Below are positions 1 through 10,128 of a stretch of DNA of 64,000 bases, one piece after another. A program made the position numbers and the translations under genes. This stretch comes from Anolis carolinensis (taxonomy: Eukaryota): contig NC_085846.1 in NCBI RefSeq assembly GCF_035594765.1, positions 5,939,190-6,003,189 on the forward strand, in the 5' to 3' direction. Numbering within the stretch: position 1 is the first letter of the stretch; every line of letters starts with the position of its first letter. The notes under the pieces are model-generated. The model saw nothing but the letters and a program-made list of their open reading frames with translations, was not told the DNA's origin and made no database searches.

Positions 1-19
1 ATGTACAGAAAAGCCACAT

Positions 20-1470
20 ACAAATTTAAAAACTTGGCCTTGTACTAAATGTCCTTGGACCAGAAGCTGGCCACTTGGAGTGCCTCTGTTGTCGCTGTGA
101 GAAGGTTCTCCATGGTGCACGTGGCAGGGTTCAAGCTGCATCATAGTCAGTGGTCTGTGGTTTGCTCTTCTCCAGCTTGTACGTCAAGAACTCCACTTTG
201 TGGCCCCATTTCTTAAGGTTGGATCTGCATCTCGTGGTGCCAGAGCGCAGTCTGTTCAGCGCCTTCCAAGTCTCCCACCCTTCTGTGTGCCCAGCAGGGA
301 GTTTCTCTTTGGGTATCAGCCACTGATGGAGTTTCCGGGTTTTAGCCTGCCACTTTTGGACTCTCACTTGCTGAGGTGTTCCTGTGAGTATCTCTGTAGA
401 TCTTAAGAAGCTATTTCTTGATTTAAGGCATTGGCGTGCTGACTGATGTCCGAACAGAGGATGGGCCGGAGATGTTACTGCCTTGGTCCTTTCATTACAG
501 TGTTATAGGTGGTGCAATACCGGCTAAACAGTATAATTTATCCAGCAGTGTAGGGCGTAGACATCCTGTGATAATGCGCCATGTCTCATTAAGAGCCACA
601 TCCACTGTTTGAACGTGGTGAGATGTATTCCAAACTGGGCGTGCGTATTCAGCAGCAGAGTAGCCAAGCGCAAGGACAGATGTCTTCACTGCACCAGGTT
701 GTGATCCCCAAGTTGTGCCAGTCAGCTTTCGTTTGATATTATTTCTAACGCCCACCTTTTGCTTGATAGTCAAGCAGTGCTTCTTGTAAGTCAGAGCACG
801 GTCCAAGGTAACTCCCAGGTATTTGGGTGTGCTGCAATGCTCCAGTGGGATTCCTTCCCATTTAATCCTCAGAGCTCGAGATACTTGTCTGTTCTTAAGG
901 TGAAAAGCACACCTTTGCATTTTAGATGTACAGTAGAGTCTAACTTATCCAAGACTCGCTTATCCAAGGTTCAGGATTATCCAAGCCATTTTTGTAGTCA
1001 ATGTTTTCAATATATCGTGATATTTTGGTGCTAAATTCGTAAATACGGTAATTACAACATAAAATTACTGCGTATTGAACTGCTTTTCTGTCAAATTTGT
1101 TGTATAACATGATGTTTTGGTGCTTAATTTGTAAAATCATAACCTAATTTGATGTTTAATAGGCTTTTCCTTAATCCCTCCTTATTATCCAAGATATTTG
1201 CTTATCCAAGCTTCTGCCGGCCCGTTTAGCTTGGATAAGTGAGACTCTACTGTATTATGAATCAGGTAGTTTGACCTTTAATAGGCAGCAAGAGCACCTA
1301 AAGCTTCGGAGAGCTTCTGTTCCAACATTTCAAAGCTCCCAGCTTGAGTGGTGATGGCACTCTCTTTCTGTCCCATCTGGCAGTGGCTACTCCTTTGTGT
1401 AAATGTTAAACATTGATGTAGCAAGAACACTCCCCTGAGGCAGGCCGTTTTTCTGTTTTCGCGAAAAGAG
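20..1470 (-). mobile_element. Vingi/Ingi-type LINE fragment, interrupted by a MITE at 931-1252
   Basis: Translations KYLGVTLDRALTY, KLTGTTWG, YSAAEYARPVW, WKALNRLRSG; same family as 15810-16430 and 36151-37592. Confidence 0.75.
931..1252. mobile_element. Tc1/mariner (pogo-type) MITE
   Basis: TIRs CAGTAGAGTCT(C/A)ACTTATCCAAG with TA TSDs at 929-930 and 1253-1254. Confidence 0.9.
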
Positions 1471-1830
1471 TGAACAGAGGCAAGTAAATGTCAGTATCAA
1501 CTCTCAGGAGGAATTGAATTTCTGCATTGGAAGGGTGTTAAGACTAGGGTGTGAAGACTAGATGGCCCTTTAGGGACCCTTCCATAATTTTATAACCTCT
1601 TGGATGTATTACTGTGTTCCATTTTGGGGTTTTGTTTTGATCCGTTTTATATAAATTTTCAGGGTTCAAGCAGAAAGGTGGAGGTGAAATCCAATCCAGA
1701 ACTCAATGAGACATAGGTATTTTTTTTAAAAAAAAAAATATGGCTCTACCATAGAAAGCATGAATTCCTTATTTTGTTTCTGGGCCCTGTGCAAATGCAG
1801 CTAAATATGCTCCTTTGTCCTGCTGCCTAA

Positions 1831-2162
1831 GGAGCCCCAGTGCCAAAGTGTGTTAAATCACTGAGCTGCTGAACTTGCAGACCGAAAGGCCCCAGGTTCA
1901 AATCCTGGGAGCAGAGTGAGCGCCTGTTGTTAGCTCCAGCTTCTGCCAACCTAGCAGTTGGAAAACATGCCAATGTGAGTAGATCAATAGGTACCACTCT
2001 GGCGGGAAGGTAACGGCGCTCCATGCAGTCATGCCAGTGGCCACATGACCTTGGAGGTGTCTACGGACAACACTGGCTCTTCAGCTTAGAAATGGAGATG
2101 ATCACCAACCCCCAAAGTCAGACATGACTGGACTTAACGTCAGGGGAAACCTTTACCTTTTA
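1831..2162 (+). mobile_element. Sauria SINE, full length
   Basis: tRNA-like head with B box GGTTCAAATCC, (ACCTTT)n tail, TSD CCTGCTGCCTAA on both sides. Confidence 0.9.
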
Positions 2163-2871
2163 CCTGCTGCCTAAAGCCAACACAAGGTATCTTTCTGCTC
2201 ATGGATTGCAATATTATTTGATATATTCAGTTTATGAGATGCCCCCCGACTGAAACTCAATGAAAGTAACAAGTCATTGATAACCTGTCCTGTTTATGAC
2301 AGTTTGGATAAAGAGAGTCATGCAAGAGTGGCCAAGATAGTGAGAAGTGGCAGGATGTTGTGGTTTGGACTTAGACATTGACTTGGATTTGGACTTATTT
2401 CGACACTATGAATGAGACCCAACATGGAATAATGCTGGGTGTGCATCCTTGCTTGCCCATGAAAACCCACTGGGTGATCCTGGGAAAGTCACTCTCAGCC
2501 CCAGAAAACCCTGTGATGGGCTTGCCTTAAGGGTCGCCATAAGTCCAAAATGACTTTAAGTATAGAAGACGTTGTAGGCAGCCTTTCTTATTCCTTGCAG
2601 GGCTCAGTGACAATTGCTGCCTTATTATTTCTGAGTGTCCGATCATTTAGTACATTTCCGACTGCTAACTTACAGAGAACCTTTGAGTGTATCTACACTA
2701 GACAATTGACGCAGTTTGACACAACTTTCACTGCCAGGGATCGATGCAATGGAATCCTGGACAATATAGTTTCAAAAGACATTTAGCCTTCTCTGCCAAA
2801 GAGGGCTGGTGCCTCACCAAACTACAAATCCTGGAGTACCATAGTAACTGCATTAATATTACAGTATAGTT

Positions 2872-4010
2872 CAGTGATGGCCAACCTATGACATGCGTGT
2901 CAGCACTGACACACCTAGCGATTTTTGCTGACACGCTGCTGCATGCAGATTGATTGGATGACTATGTCTTTTGTGGCCAAATTTGGTGTAATTTGGTCCA
3001 TTGGTTTTGTTGTTTACTCCATGGGAATTATGCACATTACATTTATATATACATATCTATATATATAAATGAGTGATGGCATCACGGCGACCCACAAAAC
3101 AACAAAACTACAGGCCCCCCAACCTCGAAATTTGACAGCACAACCCATCATCCACGCCTCTAGGTTGATACAACAAAAAGAAAAGAAAAATAAAGTCCTA
3201 ATTAGAGGGAGAGCAATAATTGTTTTTATCCAATGGCTGCCAGTTTAGAGGGCTAATCTCTGCCCACTTGGTCTCCTAGCAACCAACTCAGCCAAGGGAC
3301 AGTCAGGGTTCAGTTAGGGGACAGGCAGACTTAGGCCTCACTTAGGCCTCTTCCACAGATTATCTAATTTGCACTGGATTATATGGCAGCGTAGACTCAA
3401 GGCCCTTCCACACAGCTATATAACCCATTTATAATCTTATATTATCTGTTTTGATCCACATGACCTTGGAGGAGTCTACAGACAATGCCGGCTCTTCGGC
3501 TTAGAAATGGAGGTGACCACCAACCCCCTGAGTCAGACATGACTGGACTTAATGTCAGGAGAAAACCTTTACCCTTTACCTTAACTACCACCAATTCTTC
3601 AATACTTTATTTCCCATACCACCATACTACGCCACAGCAACGCGTGGCCGGGCACAGCTAGTATATATATAAAATCATTCTATTATTATTCTATTATTAT
3701 TGTAGTATATTGTAATATTATTACTATTATATTATTCATTATTCATGACTACATTGAAACTACAATAGAGAGAAATCAGTATGGAAATTGCAAGAGGTAC
3801 CATAGATTGTTGTACATGGAAATAAAGGCAGTAAATAGTTTTTGGTATACTAAATACAGTTATCTATTACAATTTTACATTTTTGTTATTTAAACTATAT
3901 ATATTGTGAAATTAAGGGGTTTTTCTCTCTCGAAGTGACACACCACCCAAGTCATGCTAGGTTTTTGGGTGAATTTTGACACACCAAGCGCAAAAGGTTG
4001 CCCATCATTG
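2872..4010. mobile_element. non-autonomous hAT element (hAT1-type ends) containing a Helitron
   Basis: Ends CAGTGATGGCCAACCT...AGGTTGCCCATCATTG; perfect 8-bp TSD GTATAGTT (2864-2871, 4011-4018). Confidence 0.9.
3056..3661 (+). mobile_element. non-autonomous Helitron
   Basis: 5' TC, 3' CTAG, subterminal hairpin GCCAC-agcaacgc-GTGGC, inserted between A and T with no TSD. Confidence 0.8.
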
Positions 4011-4751
4011 GTATAGTTGCACCCTATTTTGCCACATCATTCTGTTTTATTTTTGCTTTCTGGCCATTCCCGGATCCCTATCTACATCATCATGTTCCAT
4101 GGTGTATCTTTTCCAGCTTTCCACTGTGGTGGTCTTCACGTTGATCAATGTGACTCACCTGGTTCATTACTATTATATGTATTGGTTCTGTGGTTGGGCA
4201 CGTTCAGAGACGGCACAGCGGTTTCCTCCGTACCACGGTTTGCCTCTCATCCAAATGCCATTCTCGGCTTGCACATTGACATGGGTTAATATAATTGATT
4301 ACGGAGAGATGGGCCTTATTTGTAGGCCATTTAGCTAATTACGCCTGGATGGGGGAAGCGTGCACGTTAATTGCCGCTCGCGGAGGGCTGTGCCAAATGG
4401 CTGCAGGTGCAGCTTGCCACAGAGTCCTGCTCATGGCTGGCATGCGCAGGCAATGAACGGCAGATGAAAGGCATAGATGCCCATCTTCTTTGCCACATCG
4501 GTTCTCAGCAAGGGAGGCTTCGCAAGTCTAAGGGAAATGACGACAACTAGATAGGGCAGTGGTAAGTAAGAGACGGGAATGTCATTTCTGGCCCGCTGTA
4601 GCGTCAGGGCTGCAGATGTTTTTGGATAGGAAAGAAGAACGCAGATGGAACCTTGTTTTGTTTCAGAAATCGTGACTGTGATGCTGATCTGGTGGCCTTC
4701 GGATATGTCGAATGACACTCTCCACCAGTTGTGGTTGGAATCACTGTAGAT

Positions 4752-4945
4752 CAGGCATGGGCAGACTTTGGCCCTCCAAGTGTTTTGGACTGCAACTCCC
4801 ACCATTCCTAACAGCCTCAGGCCTCTTCCTTTTGCCCCTCAGCCGCTTAAGCGGCTGAGGGGCAAAAGGAAGGGGCCTGAGGCTGTTAGGAATGGTGGGA
4901 GTTGCAGTCCAAAACACCTGAAAGGCCTAAGTTCGCCCAGGCCTG
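4752..4945. mobile_element. palindromic hAT-type MITE (CAGGCATGGG family)
   Basis: Near-perfect fold-back; related copies at 8456-8589, 27518-27631 and 33489-33682. Confidence 0.85.
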
Positions 4946-5442
4946 ATTTAACATATGACTCATTTTTTCCTTGCCTGCTTTCTCCATTCTTCAGCTTTCA
5001 CAGCCATGCATGGAAAATGAAATATCATAGTATCTGATTTCAGTGTTCAACAATATATTCACATACTGTAATATTTCTGCTAGTCTAAACCAGAGAAACC
5101 CCACTAAGGGTGCTTCCACACTGTAGAATTAATGTAGTTTGGCACCACTTTAACTGCCATGGTGTCATGAGAGTTGTCATTTTACAAGGTCTTTAGTCTT
5201 CTCTGCCAAATAACGGAAATGAGACACAATTGTCAAATCGGAACTAATTGGGGTATTCAATTAACACAGTGCCCAAGAAAGAGTAGAGACATTTTCCTCT
5301 TGGATCTACACTGCCATATATTCAGGGATCTGGTCCCAGATTATCTTCTAATCCCAGATTTTCTTACAGTGTAGACTCAAATAATCCAGTTCAAAGCAGA
5401 TCACCTGGGCTCAGATCCTGGGATATAGGGCAGTGTAGATCC

Positions 5443-6563
5443 AGGTTCAAATCCAGGGAGCAGGGTTAGCCCCAGCTTCTGCCAACCTAGCAGTTCAAAA
5501 ACATGAACATGTGAGTAGATCAATAGGTACCACTCTGGCGAGAAGGTAACGGCACTCCATGTGTCCGACTCTGGGGGTTGGTGCTCATCTCAATTTCTAA
5601 GCCTAAGAGCTGGCGTTGTCCATAGACACTTCCAAGGTTATGTGGCCAGCATGGAGTGCCGTTACCTTCTCGCCAGAGCAGTGCCTATTGATCTACTCAC
5701 ATTTGCATGTTTTTTTAACTGCTAGATTATAGAATAATATTGTGCTATGGTAATAATATAATATATTGTATATACATGTAATATTGATACTAATATGATA
5801 ATGTAATGCTATATAATACTACTAATAGTACAATATTATAATATTATATATCAAATGTAATATTACTAATAATATTACAGTATAGTGCAATATAGTAGTA
5901 TATAATGCTAATATTGTGCTATGCTAATGATATAATATATAGTATGTAAATATAACTTGTAAGGAAGCCCCTGGTGGCACAGTGTGTTAAAGCGCTGAGC
6001 TGCTGAACTTGCAGACCGAAAGGTCCCAGGTTCAAATCCCGGGAGCAGAATGAGCACCCGCTGTTAGCCCCAGCTCCTGCCAACCTATCAGTTCGAAAAC
6101 ATGCAAATGTGAGTAGATCAATAGGTACCGCTCCAGCGGGGATGTAACAGCGCTCCATGCAGTCATGCCTTTTCCAGTGAGTCATAATGCACGATGTGCC
6201 CAAAGTATGATAGATCCGGCATGGGCAACCTTTGGGCCTCCAGGTGTTTTGGACTCCAACTCCCACGATTCCTAACAGCCTCTTCCTTTTGACCTTGGAG
6301 GTGTCTATGGACAACGCCGGCTCTTCAGCTTAGAAATGGAGATGAACACCAACCCCCAGAGTAGAACACGACTGGACTTAACGTCAGGGTAAATCTTTAC
6401 CTTTACTTATAACTTGTAAGCCACTCTGAGTTCCCTTCGGGGTGAGAGAAGGCGGGGTATAAATGTAGTAAAATAAATAAATAAATAGGTTGGCAGAAGC
6501 TGGGGCTAACAGCGGTAGCTCACCTAGCATCCTGGATTAACCCGCTGTGGCAGCGGGGGCTCC
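5443..6563. mobile_element. nested cluster of Sauria SINEs and an AT-rich L2-tailed element
   Basis: Plus-strand SINE piece 5443-5560. Minus-strand SINE split into 5561-5725 and 6487-6563. Inner plus-strand SINE 5964-6407 with TSD TATAACTTGTAAG. Confidence 0.8.
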
Positions 6564-6733
6564 TTAATAATATCATCATCATCATCATCATCATCATCTC
6601 TTTCTTGCTCACACAGACACACTTTTGATCATTGAACAGTAATGCAGTTGCCTACTTTCCAAAATGGCATCCCTAGCCTGGTTTGTACCAATCACAGAGA
6701 CAACGAGACCTTGTCAACTGCAATGAACGACAC

Positions 6734-6739
6734 TTTATT
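6734..6739 (-). terminator. polyadenylation signal AATAAA of the CCT8-like gene
   Basis: AATAAA ~40 nt after the stop, followed by GT-rich sequence on the minus strand. Confidence 0.7.
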
Positions 6740-6776
6740 TATAGGCTGGTCCCTGAAATCATCCGGGAGATCCCTC

Positions 6777-8432
6777 TCAGTCCAGTGCATCTGGTTCTTG
6801 GTCCCAGTTGGGATTTTCTCCTCTGAATTTGGGTCCGCCGCTCTTCTTGGCCACCATGACTTCGCTCACGCCCAGCAGCGTGACGGCCATCTGGGTGGCC
6901 AACGTGATGCCTCGTTGTTTCACTAGGAACGGATCTAGCAGGCCTTCCTTGGCGGCTTCGATCGTGCCGCCTTCCTCCAAGGCCACGGTGATGCCGGTGT
7001 TTTGCGTGCCCAGTTGGTGCTGAACTTCTAACTTTGCCATCACTTCGTTGACTCGGAGACCTGAATTTTCGGCCAAGGTGGCCGGGAGCGTTTTCAACGC
7101 TTGGGAGAACTCCAACACCCCATACTGCTCCGAACCCGGGAAATACATCCCCAGGGTATTGAGCCGCACCGATAGCGCCATCTCCGTTGCGCCAGCCCCT
7201 GGCAAGAGACGGCCATCCTTGCCCAAAAGCTTGTAGACGTTGATTCCGTCATGGATGGCTTCTTCTAAGCAGTCCAGCATGTCGCTGGTGGCTCCTCTCA
7301 GCACTATGGTGGCAACAGGACGATTGGTATTATCCTGATTGAAAATCACCACATTGGTGCTGCCGATCTCGGTCATGTAGACGCGGCGGCAGTGTCCGAT
7401 CTCTTCCGGGGATGGGACGGTTATGTCGAGCATCAGAGTGGCTCCCACAGCCATACACAGGTTCTGCAGCTCCATGCGGGAGGTCACCTGGACCACCAGT
7501 ATCCTATACCGGTTGGCGTAGAAGAGCGCCAAATCATCCAGCTTCCCTCCAACCACTACCACGTTGATGCTCGCCTTTGCAAGGCCCAGGACCTGCTGCT
7601 CCACAAGCCGCTCTTCCCCTTTGGTGTAGCTCTTCATGTCTGTGGCGTTTTCGAAGATAACGGTGCTCTTCAGTTCCAATCCAGGTGGACCAAAGGCACA
7701 GCAGAAGACCGCAATACGGGGTCTCTCCACCCGCTTGACAGTCCCTTCAACCTCTTTGCAGATGACCACGCCCTCCACAAGGCACGAGTCGCTGATGCCA
7801 CCCCCTGGGATTTTACAGAAGTGGATGAGATCCGGGTTGAAGGTGGTACGCTCTGGAGGCATCACCAACACGCAAGCCTTGGCCACCAGTTTGGACAAGA
7901 ACTTCTGGTGGCCAAAGACCTTGCTGCCCACAATGGTCTGAAGGACCCACCGCACCTCGTCCACGTCACGTGGGTTTTTCAGCACATGACACACCAGGCT
8001 AGGCAGCAGGCGCAAAGCTTCCTTGCAAGCCATCTCATAGCCAGTCTGGACGTGGACCACGGGTAGCCCGGATCGTAGCAGCTTCTCAGCGTTCTCCAAA
8101 AGTGCCCCTGCCAGGAGGATAACAAAATTGGTGCCGTCGCCCGTCTCTTCCTCTTGCGTCTCCGCAGCCGAGCGCAGCAAACAAGCCACGGGGTTCTCCA
8201 ACTCCAGTTCACGCAAGATGGTGGCAGCGTGGGAGGTGTGGAAAGTCTTGCCGAGATGGTTGATCACCAGCTTGTTGTGGCCCTGCGGACCGTAGCAGGT
8301 ACGCAAGCAGCGCACCAAAGCTTTGCAGGCCGTGATGTTGCTGAAGAGGGTCTCCTGGATGCCACTGAAATACTTCATGCCTGCCTTGAGCATCTGCGGA
8401 AGGCCAGGAGGCATGGGGACGTGGGTAGCCAT
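6777..8432 (-). CDS. CCT8L: CCT8-like group II chaperonin (T-complex protein 1 subunit theta-like), intronless CDS, 551 aa; probable retrogene
   Basis: Uninterrupted ORF MATHVPMPPGLPQMLKAGMKYFSG...WDQEPDALD, collinear with CCT8 (MALHVPKAPGFAQMLKEGAKHFSG). Motifs YGPxG, GDGTN, TIVLRG, PGAGATE and LAENSG are present. The true ATG at 8432 has a strong Kozak context (GCAATGG) and follows a pyrimidine tract plus CAG acceptor. The ORF-track start at 8468 lies inside a MITE. Confidence 0.93.
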   Translation of the reverse strand: MATHVPMPPGLPQMLKAGMKYFSGIQETLFSNITACKALVRCLRTCYGPQGHNKLVINHLGKTFHTSHAATILRELELENPVACLLRSAAETQEEETGDGTNFVILLAGALLENAEKLLRSGLPVVHVQTGYEMACKEALRLLPSLVCHVLKNPRDVDEVRWVLQTIVGSKVFGHQKFLSKLVAKACVLVMPPERTTFNPDLIHFCKIPGGGISDSCLVEGVVICKEVEGTVKRVERPRIAVFCCAFGPPGLELKSTVIFENATDMKSYTKGEERLVEQQVLGLAKASINVVVVGGKLDDLALFYANRYRILVVQVTSRMELQNLCMAVGATLMLDITVPSPEEIGHCRRVYMTEIGSTNVVIFNQDNTNRPVATIVLRGATSDMLDCLEEAIHDGINVYKLLGKDGRLLPGAGATEMALSVRLNTLGMYFPGSEQYGVLEFSQALKTLPATLAENSGLRVNEVMAKLEVQHQLGTQNTGITVALEEGGTIEAAKEGLLDPFLVKQRGITLATQMAVTLLGVSEVMVAKKSGGPKFRGENPNWDQEPDALD

Positions 8433-8435
8433 TGC

Positions 8436-8458
8436 CTGCGGAGAAAGCAGAAGCTTAG
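8436..8458 (-). promoter_or_regulatory. 3' splice acceptor of a 5'-UTR intron of the CCT8-like gene
   Basis: The minus strand reads ctaagcttctgctttctccgcAG|GCAATG; AG is at 8437-8436 and the exon starts at 8435. Confidence 0.7.
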
Positions 8459-8589
8459 ATATGGGCAAAATTTGTCCCTCCAGGTGTTTTGGACTTCAAC
8501 TCCCACAATTCCTAACAGCCGGTAGGCTGTTAGGAATTGTGGGAGTTGAAGTCCAAAACACCTGGAGGAACAAAGTTTGCCCAGGCCTG
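8456..8589. mobile_element. palindromic hAT-type MITE just upstream of the CCT8-like acceptor
   Basis: Fold-back arms centred on cagccggtaggctg; same family as 4752-4945. Confidence 0.85.
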
Positions 8590-8762
8590 CCCTTGAGTTT
8601 TGTGTTTGAGAATTCTGACCACTTCTAATTGAGAAATCCCAATATTTCACTGGACACTATGTTGTTGACATTCATGGCCCAAGAAATGGTCCCCAAAATA
8701 GCTTTCAGGAGAAGTTGTAGTGTTATGGAAGGTAAAAGAGAACATCACTATGCCAGTATATG

Positions 8763-9771
8763 CGAGGGTTGAATGAAAAGTAATGCCTCCACCTTCGTAA
8801 CTCCTCAACAGATGGCAGTCCTGGTCTGCAGCAGGTCCTGGCTTGTTCAGGAGACTCTACAATTACTTCCATTTGGCAGGAAGCCTTAGCATTGAACGGT
8901 TGTGTTGTTAAAGTGCGAAGTATGGAACCCTGCGCAGACGGTCGGTCAATGTGACATAAGCAATGTGCAGTCACTGAATTCTTGACAGCAGAAAGTGTCA
9001 CCCCAAAGGAGATTCCTCAGAGAATGCAAGCTGTTTAAGGGGATTGTGTTGATGTGAGTCCTGTGTGTCGTTGGGCGAGCAAGTTTAAAGATGTTGAGGT
9101 GGGAACATCTGACTTGCGTGACAAACAAAGAGTTGGACGTCCTGTGACAGCAACCACTGAGTTTCACAAGCAAAAAGTTGACAGATTGATTCAGGACGAT
9201 CATTGTATCACTCATCATCATATGGCCATCTGTCGGGGGTGCTTTGAATGCGATTTCCTGCTTCTTGGCAGGGGGTTGGATTAGATGGCCCATGAGGTCT
9301 CTTCCAACTCTACTATTCTATGATTCTATGACTCAGAGAGAAATTTCAAGCCTAATCAGCATTTCAGAAGAACATGTGGGTCCCATTATTGCTTTGCTTG
9401 GCTATCGGAAGATCTGTGCACGATGGGGACCCAGGATGCTGACGCCTGAAATGAAAGTGCTCAGACTTGAAATTTGCCAGGAACTCCTCTCACGTTATAA
9501 GAATGAAGGTGATGCCTTTCTCCTTTGGGGTGACCCCTTCTGCTGTCAAGAATTCAATGACTGCATGTTGCTTATAAGTCGCATTGACCAACCGTCTGCT
9601 TAGGGTTCCATACTTCACCCTTTAACAACACAACCGTTCAATGCTAAGGCTTCCCACCAAATGGAACTGTAGAGGAGAGTCTACCGAACAAGCCAGTACC
9701 TGCCGCGCACCAGTACTGCCATCTGTTGAGGTTTTACGAAGGTGGAGGCATTATTTTTCATTCAACCCTCG
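8763..9771 (+). mobile_element. internally deleted mariner transposon with ~250-bp inverted ends; CR1 3' fragment inserted at ~9222-9332
   Basis: Ends CGAGGGTTGAATGAAAA...TTTTCATTCAACCCTCG-TA; transposase remnants GRPVTAT and GYRKICARWGPRMLT (WVPR-like motif). Confidence 0.88.
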
Positions 9772-9888
9772 TACATGATGCCAATGGCTCAGTTCCTTCT
9801 AGGTTGTGTAAAACTGGCAAGAGAAGGCAATCAAAATCTGTCAATTCTGAGCAGCCTATTTCTCCAACACCTCTCTGTACTTCCTTAC

Positions 9889-9960
9889 GGTTGCTGCGCC
9901 CGCAGACTTTTTCCTTCTGTCGCCGCCGCCTACACGGGCATAGTCATCCCAGAGCGGTTC
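9889..9960 (-). other. candidate non-coding 5'-UTR exon of the CCT8-like gene
   Basis: Small CpG-rich unique patch ending in donor ACC|GTAAGG (intron starts at 9888), the nearest strong donor I found upstream of the 8436 acceptor. The 5' boundary is uncertain. Confidence 0.45.
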
Positions 9961-10128
9961 ACCAAGAAGGCCTTTATTTGTTGTATTATTTTTCTGTTAT
10001 GTTGTTTTAGTGTTGTTGTTTTGCTTCATTACTACTTTTCCTCGAAATCTCATAAGATGAATGACAATATATACATGTTTTAAACATTGTATTAAAGCAC
10101 TGGTTAATCCTAATCATAGTGTACTCCT

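Noticed and set aside
1831-1910. tRNA genes at SINE heads (also 10764, 20248, 26877)
   Set aside because: The A/B boxes run into SINE bodies and tails with TSDs; there is no complete cloverleaf.
8433-8468. ORF-track N-terminal extension MPISKLLLSPQA on the CCT8-like protein
   Set aside because: It starts in a MITE end and runs through a polypyrimidine tract and acceptor; homology begins at the ATG at 8432.
7048-8525. Plus-strand ORFs of 62-224 aa overlapping the CCT8-like gene
   Set aside because: They are antisense shadows of a GC-rich CDS with no recognisable motifs.
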